DNA of 63,328 bases, filler included, from 8 parts of 8 records of this genome joined end to end with filler, not necessarily neighbours in it, one strand, 5' to 3'; positions 36,401 to 47,648 are shown, numbered from the whole stretch's first letter. Made by a program: numbers and translations. The notes: generated by a model not told the origin, from the letters alone.

Positions 36401-39400
36401 AAGTAGCAGAGCGGCATCGTCAGGTATGCTTGCGTGCGCTGCACGGTCCATGCGTTTTACGCTGATATTACAGTGTGCACGCATGACCGGAAATTTGCTT
36501 GAAATGGCGCGCGGACTTTGCTAGGCGAACGAACCTGAGGCCGAAGAAAAGACGCCGAACTTCACGAGATACAGAGCCACCACCGCCAGCATCATGCGCT
36601 CAGCTGCCCGTCCGAAATCGGGGTCGTCACCTCCCCCACACGACGAGTTTATGCTAAACATCAACGGTGGTGAGCCTGTGATGCCGGACCCCACAAGTGC
36701 TCGGGAACTTATTGCGGAACAAGATGCGGAAGATGCCAGCGAGGCGGATGTTGCATTGATAGCATACATGTTAAATGTCGGAGAAGATCCAAATCAGGTA
36801 CTTCTTTTTGTCATCAGTGGGCTGCAACGTATGCACACGAGGGTCTATCGTTGCTAATTTTCCGAGCCTATGCTCGATCCGCAGGTGAACCCAACAGATG
36901 GCGCTACCCCTTTATTCCGAGCCGTTGCTGCTCGCAATGTCGAAGCCGTGAAGCTTCTAGTTGAAGCTGGTGCTCGTGTAAACCATCGAAATGCCACCAC
37001 GAAACGGACTCCTCTTCACTATGCCTACAAATATGGGTGTTTTCCGGTAGCGCTGTACGTTGAATGTTTGTTGTTCATCTCAAGCATGAAGCGGAGTTGG
37101 TACAGCTGGTTTTGTTGTCACTTTCGTTTCGCGACCACCAGCTTTTCTTACCGTGATGCATGTTCTCAGATACCTTTTATTGCACGGCGGAAATGACTTT
37201 GTGACTGGCACGTCCGGGCGACGTCCATCCGAGCTTAACCCAGAACTTCATCGCCGAGTGCTCGCGAAGTTGCACGGCGTTCGTCGAAATCACCTTGCTG
37301 CGCTTGAGGCAGTGAATAGATCTGCTAAAGCGACGGACCGGGTAGAGTACCGTGGCAAAGGCTCCAAGCTCAGCAATGGTCCTGGAACAGAGCTGAACGC
37401 CAACGCCAAGGAGGCAGCCGCAACTTTCACACAGCATCACGCAGGTATGTTGAGAGGTGTTGCTTAACGAATCCATACTGGCTCGACCACCGCTCAACTG
37501 TGAAAAAGTGTTTTTCTGTAACCCCGCGAACACATGCCTTTGTATGTTCGGGTTATGTGATCGTGGTTCGTTGTGCTCCCGCAGACGGTTTATCGCTGAA
37601 ATCTCTCGAAACTGTGGACATTTCTGGGACTGAGGTGATAGAACGTGTGCTACTCTGCCCTCAAGGCAGAATTTACTTCCACTTTTTTGTGGATGGACAC
37701 CCCGTGTTGCTCTCACATGTGAGTTGGCGTTTCCGACGGACGGCAGCCCATGTGTGTAGGAGTTGCTGTTGTTTGATATTCCTTCGTGGTCGCCTTCTTG
37801 ATGCACCGTGAACCAGGTTCAAACGGCGTCATGCGGTCGTCGAACATATAACGGAGGAGTGCAGTACATTAGTCTCGCAAACACCTCGCTCGTGATTCCT
37901 CGGGCACAACGCCAACCCAGGTCCGCGTCTTCACCAACGGTAGCAGTTCCAGCGGTGCAGGTTTGTATCAAGTGCAGCGTGTGCATGTTCCGCCAAGTGT
38001 GCGTATCGTGGCTTGCTGTTGTTACAATTGTGTTTGTCCTTGTGCTGGTCTGGTGTTTGTGCTTGTGTGTGTGCTTGCACTTGCACTTGCGCTTGTTCTT
38101 GTTCCTGTTCTGGTTATTGCTATTGCTGTTCTTGTTCTTTTCCTTGTCGTTGTTGTTGTTGTTGCTTATTGGGGTGTCCGCACCAGACTGTCGGGGGCGA
38201 AACGGTCGGCAGCATTGGCAGCAGTAGCAGTGAAGACCTTGCTCGTCGCCACGATCCTTGGTCTGTCGACAGTATTCTTGAAGGCTGGTTGGATGACATG
38301 CTTACCACAGCAAAGAACCGGGCCACCGCCGCGCAGGCTGCTGCCAGTGAAGGAGTTGTTGTACAGCCAACTCCGCGTGTGCAGACTTTGTTCGTGTTGT
38401 TTCATCATTATTATTATTTGGTTGTAGCCACGTTGCAGGTTGCTGGTCGTGGTCGTGTGTGCGTGTTCTTGTCACGATGTGCAACGGTTTGCTCGCCCTG
38501 GCAGGAGAATGTCTGAGTCAGATGAATCGGAGATGATCTCTGAGCTTGTAAGTTACCTGGTGGTCGGGGACTGTTGACATCGACTCGTTGCTTGGCATGC
38601 ATGTCGAACAAGCACTGAAACTTGCGCCACCTTGCCCGCTTTGCCGCAGGAACGTGACATGGAAGTGCGCTACAAAGCGACGCTTGCAGCAAAAGTCATG
38701 GCAAATGAAAATCGGACGAAGCCCAAGTCTTCGAGCGCCAGCTTTGGAGGCAAAGCCTCCAGTCCCCGCAGTAGTTCGCAAAAGAGTGCGCGTCCTCAAA
38801 GCAAGCGTCATGGCCAGCATGCAGTTGGGAAAAGGCAAGGAAAAAGTTCACCCGCAGGATCACCACGCCGGCGTTCTCCATCAACCAGCCCCTCACATCG
38901 CCTGCGCGTCCAGCGCGCGAGATCCCAAGACCCTGTGTTTGTTGCGCGTGTTGAGCGCGTCCGTGATCTTCAACGCCACGCTGATACAACATCAAGTTTC
39001 TTCAAAAAGTGCGTGGCATAAACTGCGTTTCGGGCATTGCAGTATGGGCAGCTTGTTTTATGTAAACGATTTTTCCTGAGTATTACCCACGTCTCATTGA
39101 CGCAGGTACTTTCAACCGTTCGAGGTCGAACGCTGCATGGACTCGGCACTGCAAAAGGCGGTTTTGGCCGCTCCTCGGCGCAGGCAAGTTGTGTGCGCTT
39201 GAAGAAGGCCAGAGATAAACACAGACACGAAACTTGTGCTCAAAATCTGTCCTCACATACGCAGGCCCAATGATGACTTGAGCCAGCACCTGGCTCAAGT
39301 GAGGCCTGGGAATCGCCTTGCCGCCGTCGTTGCTGCTGCGAAGCACAATAGCGGAAAACAAAAGTCAGAAGAGCCCGTGGTGCGTTGATGTAGCGTAGTT

Positions 39401-40695
39401 TACTGTGTTCGGCAACAGCTGTAGCACCGTGATGTTCACTGTTTGCGCCTTGTTTCAAATGCAAATATGGTTTGGGGCTTCCTGTCGTTTGCTGCCTGCA
39501 CCAGGCAATGTCGCTGAATGCTAGGTTATACGCACTTGCCGTCCGCATGGTTTACATCGGCAAGCTGGCAATTCGTCAGGCCCTCGAACGCGCGCAAAAG
39601 CATTACGTGCCGCCGAAGTTCACTTTCGCTGATCACTGTACGTTAGATTCGACCTCCGTTTCCTCCCCTGGAGCGTCCTTTGCACAACGCTACTTGTTTT
39701 TCTACGGACGGTGGATGTGTTGTCTAGATTGGTCACATGTCTGCGAATTGTTCAACTTTTTGACTGCACAGCGCGGGAACGTGGTGTTGGACCAAGTCTA
39801 GCCTCCCCAACAGGCAAAAAAGCAGTAAAAGCGGCACGCGAGGCCCACCACCAAAAGGAGCTGGTGTGTTTGGAGATATATTTTGAAACACCGCCTCACT
39901 CCTTTAATGCAACAAATCCCACCATCATTTATTTGCGTGCTGGTCTCCCGCGACTGTAGGCCGACATTACGTCTGATGCGCACGATGGCAAATTCTTGAG
40001 CCGCTGGCTGAAAGATGTGCGTGCTGTAAACGCGAAAGACTACATTCTCAGAGCCGTTATCTTCTTGCGTGGACTGCTTGCAAACTTGAATTTTTTTGAT
40101 TGAAGTGTGTTCCTTGTTGATTGAACCCCTGCTGCAGGTAAATTTGCTGCCGAAACCGAAAATGTTCAAGGAATTCGTCAAATTTGTAGGAAGGTATGCA
40201 ATCAGAGCTGATCCTACAATTAAGGCACAGGCCAAGCGATACAAGCAAGAGGCCCGCAACCACAAGAAGGAAGGTGCCTCGGGTTTGGCGCTTTTGGAGA
40301 GCAGCGACGACGAGGAAAATAGCGACAGCGATGATTCTGGGTTGGCCAATGGGTCCAAACGATACCGATTGCCGAAAACGGTGTTCGCTTACGAGATGTG
40401 CGACGTGGAGCTGAACGGAGAGGCACTGCGATACGCCAGGCGAATTCAAATCAACAATGTTCGTGTAAATGTGTTGAGCCGGAGGGATGCCTACAAAGGC
40501 CTGTTCCTTCACAACGTGTCCGTCCCTCCTGTTTTTTTAAGTTTGCAGGGGTTTCGTACTTTGTTGTTTCCTTGTGCATCTCTCGGTATCGATAGCCCGT
40601 TACTTTGATGTATGAAGTTCGGGGCGTTATGCTTGTCGCAAAGGCGAGCATCCTTTATGAAGACCTGAACTTTGAAGGTGAGACCAAGGCTTAGC
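30411..40695 (+). CDS. Large multi-exon protein with ribonuclease-inhibitor-type LRRs and ankyrin repeats (may be more than one gene; 3' end approximate)
   Basis: Exon 1 30411-~31919. LRRs IRELLLRECGL, LEVLDLSSNKL, LQELRLDGNLL, LHTLSLAGNNL, LRVLDLGDCSL, LISVRLEGNSL. ANK DGATPLFRAV..VKLLVEAGARVN..RTPLHYA (36885-37055). Co-oriented exons continue to ~40700. Confidence 0.6.
38035..38165. repeat. Intronic low-complexity (TGTGCT)n/(TTG)n tract
   Basis: Degenerate hexa- and trinucleotide repeats that generate spurious Cys/Leu/Val-rich ORFs. Confidence 0.8.
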
Positions 40696-41026
40696 GGGGC
40701 AACATCGACAAGCGTGCTCTGGAACCGGTGGCAACGCGTGCTGATTCAGCCATGCGGTGAGGTTCTCCGCAGAACCTTAACTCCCAAACGCGTTGACGAG
40801 GACGGACGACCACGTGCAGTTGTGCACCAATGAGATGCACAGATGTAGAACCATAGGACGTTGGTTTGTTTTACATTACACTATGGTTTGAGTGACACCC
40901 GCGCGAAAATGTCGTTTGCAAAAGACGCAAATCAACGAGCACGGCACTCTAGGTCTCCGCTTGCGTGCTAAGTGCGTGTACGCACTCGAACGGCGCCGCA
41001 TCGCGCGTCGCAATGCCCAACGATGT

Positions 41027-41824
41027 TCAGTCCTCATTCTCGTCTGCTTCCTTTTCATCCACAGACTCCTCCGCCAAATCGTCGCCACCGGTGCCCAAGG
41101 CGGTTTGCATGTACGGCACGATGTCTTCGTTTTCGATGATTTTGAACTTGGTGTCCACACCAACTATCGACACTACCACGTTCTCCGAGGTCAGCTCCTG
41201 GTCACCCTGCACACAGCCACGCAGTGAGCGAATGCCGTGCACGATCAGCGTGTCGGCGTCCGCATCATCGAACCCGGTGTGGTTCTCCTGCTCCTCCGCG
41301 ACACGCGAAATGTAGGTCTTGGCGGCCTGGGCGCGCGACCCTATGGCAATGCCCTTGTACTCAAAGAAGTTGCCGGACGGCGACGTCTCGTACAGGTGCG
41401 GTCCGGAGCGATCGACGCCCGCGACCAGCAGCCCGACGCCGTACGGCCGGCGCACGTAGGACTGGGTGCACGCCTGGTGCTTGTCCGCCACGTCCGCCAC
41501 GAGGCGGCCCACGTTGAGCGAGCGCTCGAACACGTACTTGTGGTTGAGGCACTCGGTCTGCATGTACTTGGCCAGCGACCGGGCGTCCGCCGTGAGTCCG
41601 GCGATGGCGATGCCCACGTGGTCGTCGATCTTGAACACTTTCTGCTGGTGTGTGGCGAGCTCGGAAGTGCGGCGCTTCAGGGCCGCGAGCACGACGTGCG
41701 TTTTCGACCGGAAGCCTACGCACGCAGAGCCCTGCCGCACAGCGTGCATCGCGTATTCAACCTGGTACAGACGCCCCTGCGGGCTCCACACCGTCACGTC
41801 CGTGTCGTACTGGTTCTGGAACAT
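41027..41824 (-). CDS. PSMA1: 20S proteasome subunit alpha type-1 (alpha6/Pre5), intronless
   Basis: MFQNQYDTDVTVWSPQGRLYQVEYA; GIAIAGLTADAR; TQSYVRRPYGVGLLVAG; AIGSRAQAAKTY; acidic tail. Confidence 0.96.
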   Translation of the reverse strand: MFQNQYDTDVTVWSPQGRLYQVEYAMHAVRQGSACVGFRSKTHVVLAALKRRTSELATHQQKVFKIDDHVGIAIAGLTADARSLAKYMQTECLNHKYVFERSLNVGRLVADVADKHQACTQSYVRRPYGVGLLVAGVDRSGPHLYETSPSGNFFEYKGIAIGSRAQAAKTYISRVAEEQENHTGFDDADADTLIVHGIRSLRGCVQGDQELTSENVVVSIVGVDTKFKIIENEDIVPYMQTALGTGGDDLAEESVDEKEADENED

Positions 41825-41864
41825 CGTGAGGGAAAGAGAGAGAGAGAGGGGGGGGGGGGGGGGG

Positions 41865-41964
41865 NNNNNNNNNNNNNNNNNNNNNNNNNNNNNNNNNNNN
41901 NNNNNNNNTTAATTAATTAANNNNNNNNNNNNNNNNNNNNNNNNNNNNNNNNNNNNNNNNNNNN
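41865..41964. other. Artificial contig spacer
   Basis: N-run + TTAATTAATTAA + N-run. Confidence 0.99.
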
Positions 41965-41965
41965 C

Positions 41966-43207
41966 CTGCACGGCTCGCTGGCCTTTACCGGCATCGGCCA
42001 CGGGACGGGCAGGGCAGTGGTACTCGGCCTCACCGGTGAATTGCCCGACCAGGTCGACCCCGATCGGATGGACGCGATTATCGCCGGCGTCGAGCAAAGC
42101 CGTAAAATCAGCCCTCCCGGTCACCCCGACTATCATTTTGACCCAAAGGCCGATCTTGTCTTTGACAAGAAGCAGGCTCTGCCAGGCCATGCCAACGGCA
42201 TGACATTTTCCGCTCTCGACCAGGATGGAAACATGCTGCTGCGCCGCATCTATTATTCGGTCGGCGGCGGCTTCGTGGTATCCGACACGGAATTGGACGC
42301 CATGAAGAACGCGACGAAGGCTGCAGTCGACAAGTCGGTGCCGTATCCATTCCGCAATGCCAAGCAGATGCTCGAAATGGCTGTTTCATCCGGTCTGTCA
42401 ATCGCCCAGATGAAACGCGCCAATGAAGAAACCCACATGTCGGCTGAAGAGCTCGACGCCGGGCTGGACCGGATATGGAGCGCCATGAGCGGCTGCATCG
42501 ACAGGGGCCTGGAGGGCGAGGGCATCATGCCCGGTGGCCTCAAGGTGCGACGCAGGGCGCGCATGCTGTTTGACAAGCTGCAGGAGGAGTGGCGTCAGAA
42601 CCGCCGCAACCCGCTGCTCGCCAATGATTGGCTCAGCGTTTACGCCATGGCTGTCAACGAAGAAAACGCCGTTGGTGGACGCGTCGTAACCGCACCAACC
42701 AATGGAGCCGCGGGCGTCATCCCGGCGACCATTCGTTATGTGCTGCAGTTTCACGATGGCGCCGATCAGCAGGCTGTGCGTGACTATCTGCTGACTGCTG
42801 CAGCGATTGGTGGCATCATCAAGCACAATGCCTCGATTTCGGGCGCAGAGGTCGGCTGCCAGGGCGAAGTAGGCTCTGCGGCGGCCATGTCTGCGGCTGG
42901 TCTTGCCGCAGTCATGGGCGGGACGCCGGAACAGATTGAAAATGCAGCAGAAATCGCGCTGGAGCACCATCTGGGCATGACCTGCGATCCGGTCGGTGGG
43001 CTGGTGCAGGTGCCGTGCATCGAGCGCAATGCGCTTGGTGCGGTCAAGGCAGTCACTGCCGCGTCACTGGCGATGAAGGGCGACGGTCAGCACTTCGTGC
43101 CGCTTGATGCCTGTATCGAAACCATGCGCCAGACCGGCCTCGACATGAATGAGCGCTACAAGGAGACCTCCACCGGTGGTCTGGCGGTCAACGTGGTTGA
43201 GTGTTGA
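41966..43207 (+). CDS. sdaA: L-serine ammonia-lyase (Fe-S dependent, single chain), 5'-truncated by contig edge
   Basis: [71 protein letters not shown]. Confidence 0.96.
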   Translation: MHGSLAFTGIGHGTGRAVVLGLTGELPDQVDPDRMDAIIAGVEQSRKISPPGHPDYHFDPKADLVFDKKQALPGHANGMTFSALDQDGNMLLRRIYYSVGGGFVVSDTELDAMKNATKAAVDKSVPYPFRNAKQMLEMAVSSGLSIAQMKRANEETHMSAEELDAGLDRIWSAMSGCIDRGLEGEGIMPGGLKVRRRARMLFDKLQEEWRQNRRNPLLANDWLSVYAMAVNEENAVGGRVVTAPTNGAAGVIPATIRYVLQFHDGADQQAVRDYLLTAAAIGGIIKHNASISGAEVGCQGEVGSAAAMSAAGLAAVMGGTPEQIENAAEIALEHHLGMTCDPVGGLVQVPCIERNALGAVKAVTAASLAMKGDGQHFVPLDACIETMRQTGLDMNERYKETSTGGLAVNVVEC

Positions 43208-43321
43208 ACGCGCAAGCGGCTCCTGTTGAACCGCGCCTGTTGGCCCTGAGTCTGTGGACGAGGATGGGTTTCGGTGCCCGCCGGGTTGACCCGAAGCATC
43301 CAGCGCCCGATGTAATACGGC

Positions 43322-43759
43322 ATGGCTCTTCATCTCCTTAAATTGTGTGTCGGCGCTGAAAGCGTCGAAGACCAGCGCGACTGGATGCAGCGCCGGCTGG
43401 CCATGATGGCTGCGGCCGGGCAGCAGCCGGAGCAGTTCCACACCACGCGAATGGTTCCCAAGCGGGCAGCGGAGCTCATTGACGGCGGATCGCTTTACTG
43501 GGTGATCAAGGGCAATATCCAGGCCCGCCAGCGTCTGCTGGAAGTTCGTCCTTTCGTCGATCCTGACGGAATATCGCGGTGTCATCTGGTGCTCGAACCG
43601 GTCTTGCACGAGACCTCATGGGCGCCGCGGCGTCCCTTCCAGGGCTGGCGCTATCTTGATCCCAAGGATGCGCCACCGGATCTGGGGGGCATAGGATCGG
43701 ATGGAGAGGATTTGCCGCCGGAGCTCAAGCGCGAATTGGCCGGGCTCGGACTTCTGTGA
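43322..43759 (+). CDS. DUF1489 family protein
   Basis: MALHLLKLCVGAESVED; HTTRMVPKR; GGSLYWVIKG; PRRPFQGWRYL; LAGLGLL C-terminus. Confidence 0.88.
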   Translation: MALHLLKLCVGAESVEDQRDWMQRRLAMMAAAGQQPEQFHTTRMVPKRAAELIDGGSLYWVIKGNIQARQRLLEVRPFVDPDGISRCHLVLEPVLHETSWAPRRPFQGWRYLDPKDAPPDLGGIGSDGEDLPPELKRELAGLGLL

Positions 43760-43850
43760 CGCCGGCCTGAAGCGCACACTCTTGTGTTGTCGGGATAAAA
43801 CGCCACATTGAAGTTGAACCGAGCAACGAGTGAATTGATACCCGAACCTC

Positions 43851-44624
43851 ATGGCCAAAGATAAAACAGGACCTGACAGAGCCTTGTCCAAGCGCGGCGG
43901 AGCCGTGCTTCCCGATAGCGCGTCTGTGTCGTCCCACTCTGAAATTGCAGCTTTCCTGACAGCTGCCAAATCGGTTGTTCCATCATCCACCGGTTCGGGC
44001 CGTCTGGCTTTTGCGCTGGACGCCACGATGAGCCGTCAGCCGACGTGGGACAGCGCCTGCAAATTGCAGGCGGAGATGTTTGACGCTGTGGGCAAGTCCG
44101 GCGCTCTTTCGGTGCAACTGGTCTATTTCCGCGGACTAGGAGAATGCCGCGCCTCGCGTTGGGTAAACGACACCCGGCAGCTTGCGGACCTGATGGCCCG
44201 GATCGATTGCCGTGGCGGCCAGACCCAGATCGGCCGCGTTTTGCGTCACGTAGCTGACGAAGCGCGCACCAAACCGGTCAGCGCCGTGGTCTATATTGGT
44301 GATGCGATGGAAGAAGACATCGACAAGCTGGCTGTGGTCGCAGGCGAGCTGGCGCTGAGAAAAGTGCCGTGTTTCATGTTTCATGAAGGCCATGACCCCG
44401 CCGCAGCGGTGGGCTTCAAGGAGATAGCCCGCGTTACCGGCGGCGCCTATGTCCGGTTTGATCAGAACGCCGCCTCCGAACTTGCTCAATTGCTCCGCGC
44501 TGTCGCTGCCTATGCCACCGGTGGGCGGATGGCGCTTGAAAAGTCCGGTGGGACGGCGGCGCGGCTGTTGCTTGAGCAGCTCGGGCCGGGAAAACCTGGC
44601 AACGGAGGAGCCAAACGCCCATGA
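43851..44624 (+). CDS. von Willebrand factor A (VWA) domain protein
   Basis: MIDAS-like FALDATMSR; VQLVYFRG; GGQTQIG; VYIGDAMEE; EIARVTGGAY. Confidence 0.85.
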   Translation: MAKDKTGPDRALSKRGGAVLPDSASVSSHSEIAAFLTAAKSVVPSSTGSGRLAFALDATMSRQPTWDSACKLQAEMFDAVGKSGALSVQLVYFRGLGECRASRWVNDTRQLADLMARIDCRGGQTQIGRVLRHVADEARTKPVSAVVYIGDAMEEDIDKLAVVAGELALRKVPCFMFHEGHDPAAAVGFKEIARVTGGAYVRFDQNAASELAQLLRAVAAYATGGRMALEKSGGTAARLLLEQLGPGKPGNGGAKRP

Positions 44625-45316
44625 GTGCAATTGCGGTGTTTCTCGGTGGAGTGTTGATCCTGCTGGCGCTTGTGGCCGGCGTCCTCAGCGTCAAGCCATC
44701 GGCGCTTGCCAATACGTTTCGCTACGGCCTGCCGGTTGCCGCCGCCGGTATTGGGGCTGTTCTCACACTTATTGGACGCGCCGGAATCGGTATCCCGCTA
44801 TTGGCATTCGCTCTGGCGATGTTTTCGCGGGCGCGAAGGGCTTCGCGCGCAACGCGCCAGCCGGGAGGACAATCCTATGTCCGGTCCGCGGCTTTGGAAA
44901 TGGAACTCGACCTCGACACCGGTGCGATGAACGGACTTGTTCTTGCCGGCAGCTTTGAGGGCTCCGAACTCAACAATCTCGACGAACCGGATCTCATGCA
45001 GCTGCATTCCGAACTGGCCGGCGATCCGGAAAGCCTCGGTCTACTGGAAGCGTATCTTGACCGCCGGGCGCCCGACTGGCGTGCCGGCTTTGACATGGAC
45101 GACGACGCGGGTCTGGGAGCTTCTCCAAGCTCGGGCGCCATGACACAGAAGGAGGCCTACGAGGTCCTTGGTCTTGGCGCGGGGGCGAGTGAAACCGAGA
45201 TCCGCGAGGCGCATCGCCGCCTCATGAAGCGGATGCATCCCGATGCGGGAGGCTCTGCTTTTCTTGCTGGCCGGATCAACGAAGCCAAAGCTGTTCTCTT
45301 GAGTCGACATGACTGA
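44621..45316 (+). CDS. Membrane-anchored C-terminal J-domain protein (Tim14/Pam18-like)
   Basis: N-terminal hydrophobic helices; MTQKEAYEVLGL..IREAHRRLMKRMHPDAGGSAFLAGRINEAKAVLL; ATGA overlap with the VWA gene. Confidence 0.9.
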   Translation: MSAIAVFLGGVLILLALVAGVLSVKPSALANTFRYGLPVAAAGIGAVLTLIGRAGIGIPLLAFALAMFSRARRASRATRQPGGQSYVRSAALEMELDLDTGAMNGLVLAGSFEGSELNNLDEPDLMQLHSELAGDPESLGLLEAYLDRRAPDWRAGFDMDDDAGLGASPSSGAMTQKEAYEVLGLGAGASETEIREAHRRLMKRMHPDAGGSAFLAGRINEAKAVLLSRHD

Positions 45317-45400
45317 ATTCCCCGAATACGCGATACAAAAAACGTGGATGTCCCGGAACTGGGATTTCCGGACGCAGCGCCAAACAAACGCTGCGCTTCT

Positions 45401-46801
45401 TCAGTTGGCTGTTGCCCAACAGGCATAGCCCTTCTTCTTCAGTGTGGCGCAGGCCCGCGTGGCGGCCGCCTGTCCTTCAAATCCACCGAAACGCGCCCGG
45501 TAGAGTTGTTCATTGCCCTTGGCATAAGCCATTGTGAACGGCTCGGCACCCGACAGTGTGTTGCCGCCGGCGCCTTGTGCCCGGGCCAGAAGCTCGACTG
45601 CGGCATTGCGATCCGGCATTGCGCCGATCTGGATCATCCAGCCGTCGCGTGGAGCAGTAGAGGCCGTGGTGACTGGGTCGACAGCCTGATTTGATGCTGT
45701 TTCAACCGGCATTGGCGGAACCACAGCCGGAGCAGGTGTCGGAATGGCAACCTTTTGCGCGATCAGCGAATTGACCAGCGCAGCGCGTCCGACAACGGGT
45801 TCCGGAGTGGGAGCGGCGTAGGCGAAAGCCAGACGCTGATTGCCTTCATGCCGCTGTGATGGCACCGGGCCGACCTTGGGAAGCTCGAGCGAGGCCACCG
45901 CCACTGCCATGTTGGCCATGGCGCCGCGGGCAATCAGGTTGCCGCTGCCGCGTGTTGAGGCCTTGGGAAGGTACCGCGCAATCAGGTCTTTCATCTGCTC
46001 GTTGCGGCTGGCGCCGGTGCGCCCTCCCATGACAACGGCGACAATGGAACGATCGCGGTCGATGACCGACGACACCAGGTTGAAGCCGGAGGCACGTGTG
46101 TAACCGGTCTTGATGCCGTCAACGCCGCGCACCACGCCCAGCAACCGGTTGTGGTTGCCCATTCGCGTCTTGCCGAAGGTAAACGAGCGGGTGGAGAAAT
46201 ACTTGTATTGCCGCGGAAAGTGCTCGCGCAGGGCAATGCCAAGCGTCGCCATGTCGCGCGCCGTTGTCGTCTGGTTTGTATTCGGCAGGCCGTGCGCATT
46301 GCGGAATGTGGTCCGCGACATGCCAAGCGAACGGGCCTTGGCAGTCATCATGCTGGCGAATTTGGATTCCGAACCACCCAGATGCTCCGCGATAGCCGTC
46401 GATGCGTCATTGGCCGACTTGGTCACCAGTGAGTAGATAACCTGTTCGACCGTGACGGAGCGGCCAGCGCCTACGCCAAGCTTGGTGGGCGGCTCCTTGG
46501 CGGCATTGGCGGAAAACTTGACCCGGGTGTCCAGCTTGACAGCGCCGCGCTCGAGCGCTTCGAACACCAGATAAAGCGTCATCATCTTGGTCAGAGACGC
46601 CGGGTAGCGCAACTCGTCTGCGTCATGGGCATAAAGTGTCTTGCCGGTTTTGGCGTCGATCACAATGCCCGCATATTTCGGATTGGCGGCAGCCGGCGCA
46701 CTTCCCAGCGACAACGCAAGGCCAATCAGGACAAGCAGTTGGAACGCGGAGGAGGAAAGGGCGGCAAGCCGGTCGATTACGCTGGATTTACGCTGATACA
46801 C
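45401..46801 (-). CDS. D-alanyl-D-alanine carboxypeptidase (peptidase S11) with C-terminal SPOR domain
   Basis: Signal peptide; PASLTK (SxxK), SAN, KTG; C-terminal WMIQIGA..LYRARFGGF..ACATLK. Confidence 0.92.
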   Translation of the reverse strand: MYQRKSSVIDRLAALSSSAFQLLVLIGLALSLGSAPAAANPKYAGIVIDAKTGKTLYAHDADELRYPASLTKMMTLYLVFEALERGAVKLDTRVKFSANAAKEPPTKLGVGAGRSVTVEQVIYSLVTKSANDASTAIAEHLGGSESKFASMMTAKARSLGMSRTTFRNAHGLPNTNQTTTARDMATLGIALREHFPRQYKYFSTRSFTFGKTRMGNHNRLLGVVRGVDGIKTGYTRASGFNLVSSVIDRDRSIVAVVMGGRTGASRNEQMKDLIARYLPKASTRGSGNLIARGAMANMAVAVASLELPKVGPVPSQRHEGNQRLAFAYAAPTPEPVVGRAALVNSLIAQKVAIPTPAPAVVPPMPVETASNQAVDPVTTASTAPRDGWMIQIGAMPDRNAAVELLARAQGAGGNTLSGAEPFTMAYAKGNEQLYRARFGGFEGQAAATRACATLKKKGYACWATAN

Positions 46802-47002
46802 GGTAACTCACTCATAAACAGGCAAGTGGAAGGGTTTCTGACTGACGCCCTCCTTGATCAGTCATTGTGGTCGATCTTAGTCCGCCGTCGTTACCAATCC
46901 GTTTATGATGAATCATTCCTTTCTGGGATCTGTGCTGAAAAGAGCCGGATCGAGGCTGAACTGCTGTTTCATTGTGAAACGCCGGGGCTTCCCGAGGATA
47001 TG

Positions 47003-47049
47003 GTGCGCTGCACAATATGCTTGACAATATTGTGCAGCGCACATATATC
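47003..47049 (+). promoter_or_regulatory. Phasin promoter with palindromic PhaR-type operator
   Basis: Perfect 16-bp arms GTGCGCTGCACAATAT / ATATTGTGCAGCGCAC around GCTTGACA (-35 TTGACA at 47021-47026); TATAT-like -10 at ~47044; each arm has TGC-N3-GCA. Confidence 0.75.
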
Positions 47050-47086
47050 TTGGCAATCAACTTCCCTAACGAGAGGAATCCTCGAC

Positions 47087-47416
47087 ATGATGAACTTTGA
47101 CAGCACTTCGAAGATGAGCAAGGAAGCCATGGACAGCATGCTGACCACGGTTTCATCGATGACCAAGGGTTTCCAGCAGATCGCTGCTGAATCAACCGAA
47201 TATTCCAAGAAGTCCTATGAGGACAGTGCAGCTGTTGTTGAGAAGCTGGTTTCGGCCAAGAGCCTCGACAAGGCCATTGAAATTCAGACCGACTACGTCA
47301 AGAATTCCTACGAGACGTTTGTTGCCCAGGCCACCAAGATGAGCGAACTTTACGCTGACATGGCCAAGGAAGCTTACAAGCCTTTCGAACAGGCTGCTGC
47401 CAAGGTTTCTGCCTAA
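47087..47416 (+). CDS. phaP: Phasin (PHA granule-associated protein)
   Basis: SD gagagga; MMNFDSTSKMSKEAMD..KGFQQIAAE..YSKKSYE..KSLDKAIEIQTDY..LYADMAKEAYKPFE. The ORF-track 5' extension to 46625 is spurious. Confidence 0.9.
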   Translation: MMNFDSTSKMSKEAMDSMLTTVSSMTKGFQQIAAESTEYSKKSYEDSAAVVEKLVSAKSLDKAIEIQTDYVKNSYETFVAQATKMSELYADMAKEAYKPFEQAAAKVSA

Positions 47417-47462
47417 GCACTTTTGATCTTGGCCGCGCTTAGCGGTTGAGCGGAATTATGAT

Positions 47463-47496
47463 AACCCGGTTGCATAACTATGCGGCCGGGTTTTTT
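47463..47496 (+). terminator. Intrinsic terminator after phasin
   Basis: AACCCGGTTGCATA..TATGCGGCCGGG followed by T6. Confidence 0.8.
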
Positions 47497-47648
47497 CGTG
47501 AATTGACGTGCCGCGGGAAATCTCTTTCTTCCACGCTCAAGGGGGCTTAAAATCCCCGCAGGAAAGACTAAGTTAGAGGCAAGGCTCGGTGCTTCGTTTT
47601 GCGCACACCGGGCGCACATGACAGGATTTGGCCAGAGTGAATGACAGC

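Noticed and set aside
37808-38516. Cys-rich metallothionein-like or transmembrane ORFs
   Set aside because: Translation of an intronic TG-rich microsatellite in three frames
41027-43207. Eukaryotic proteasome gene beside bacterial sdaA as horizontal transfer
   Set aside because: Separated by an artificial spacer; different contigs
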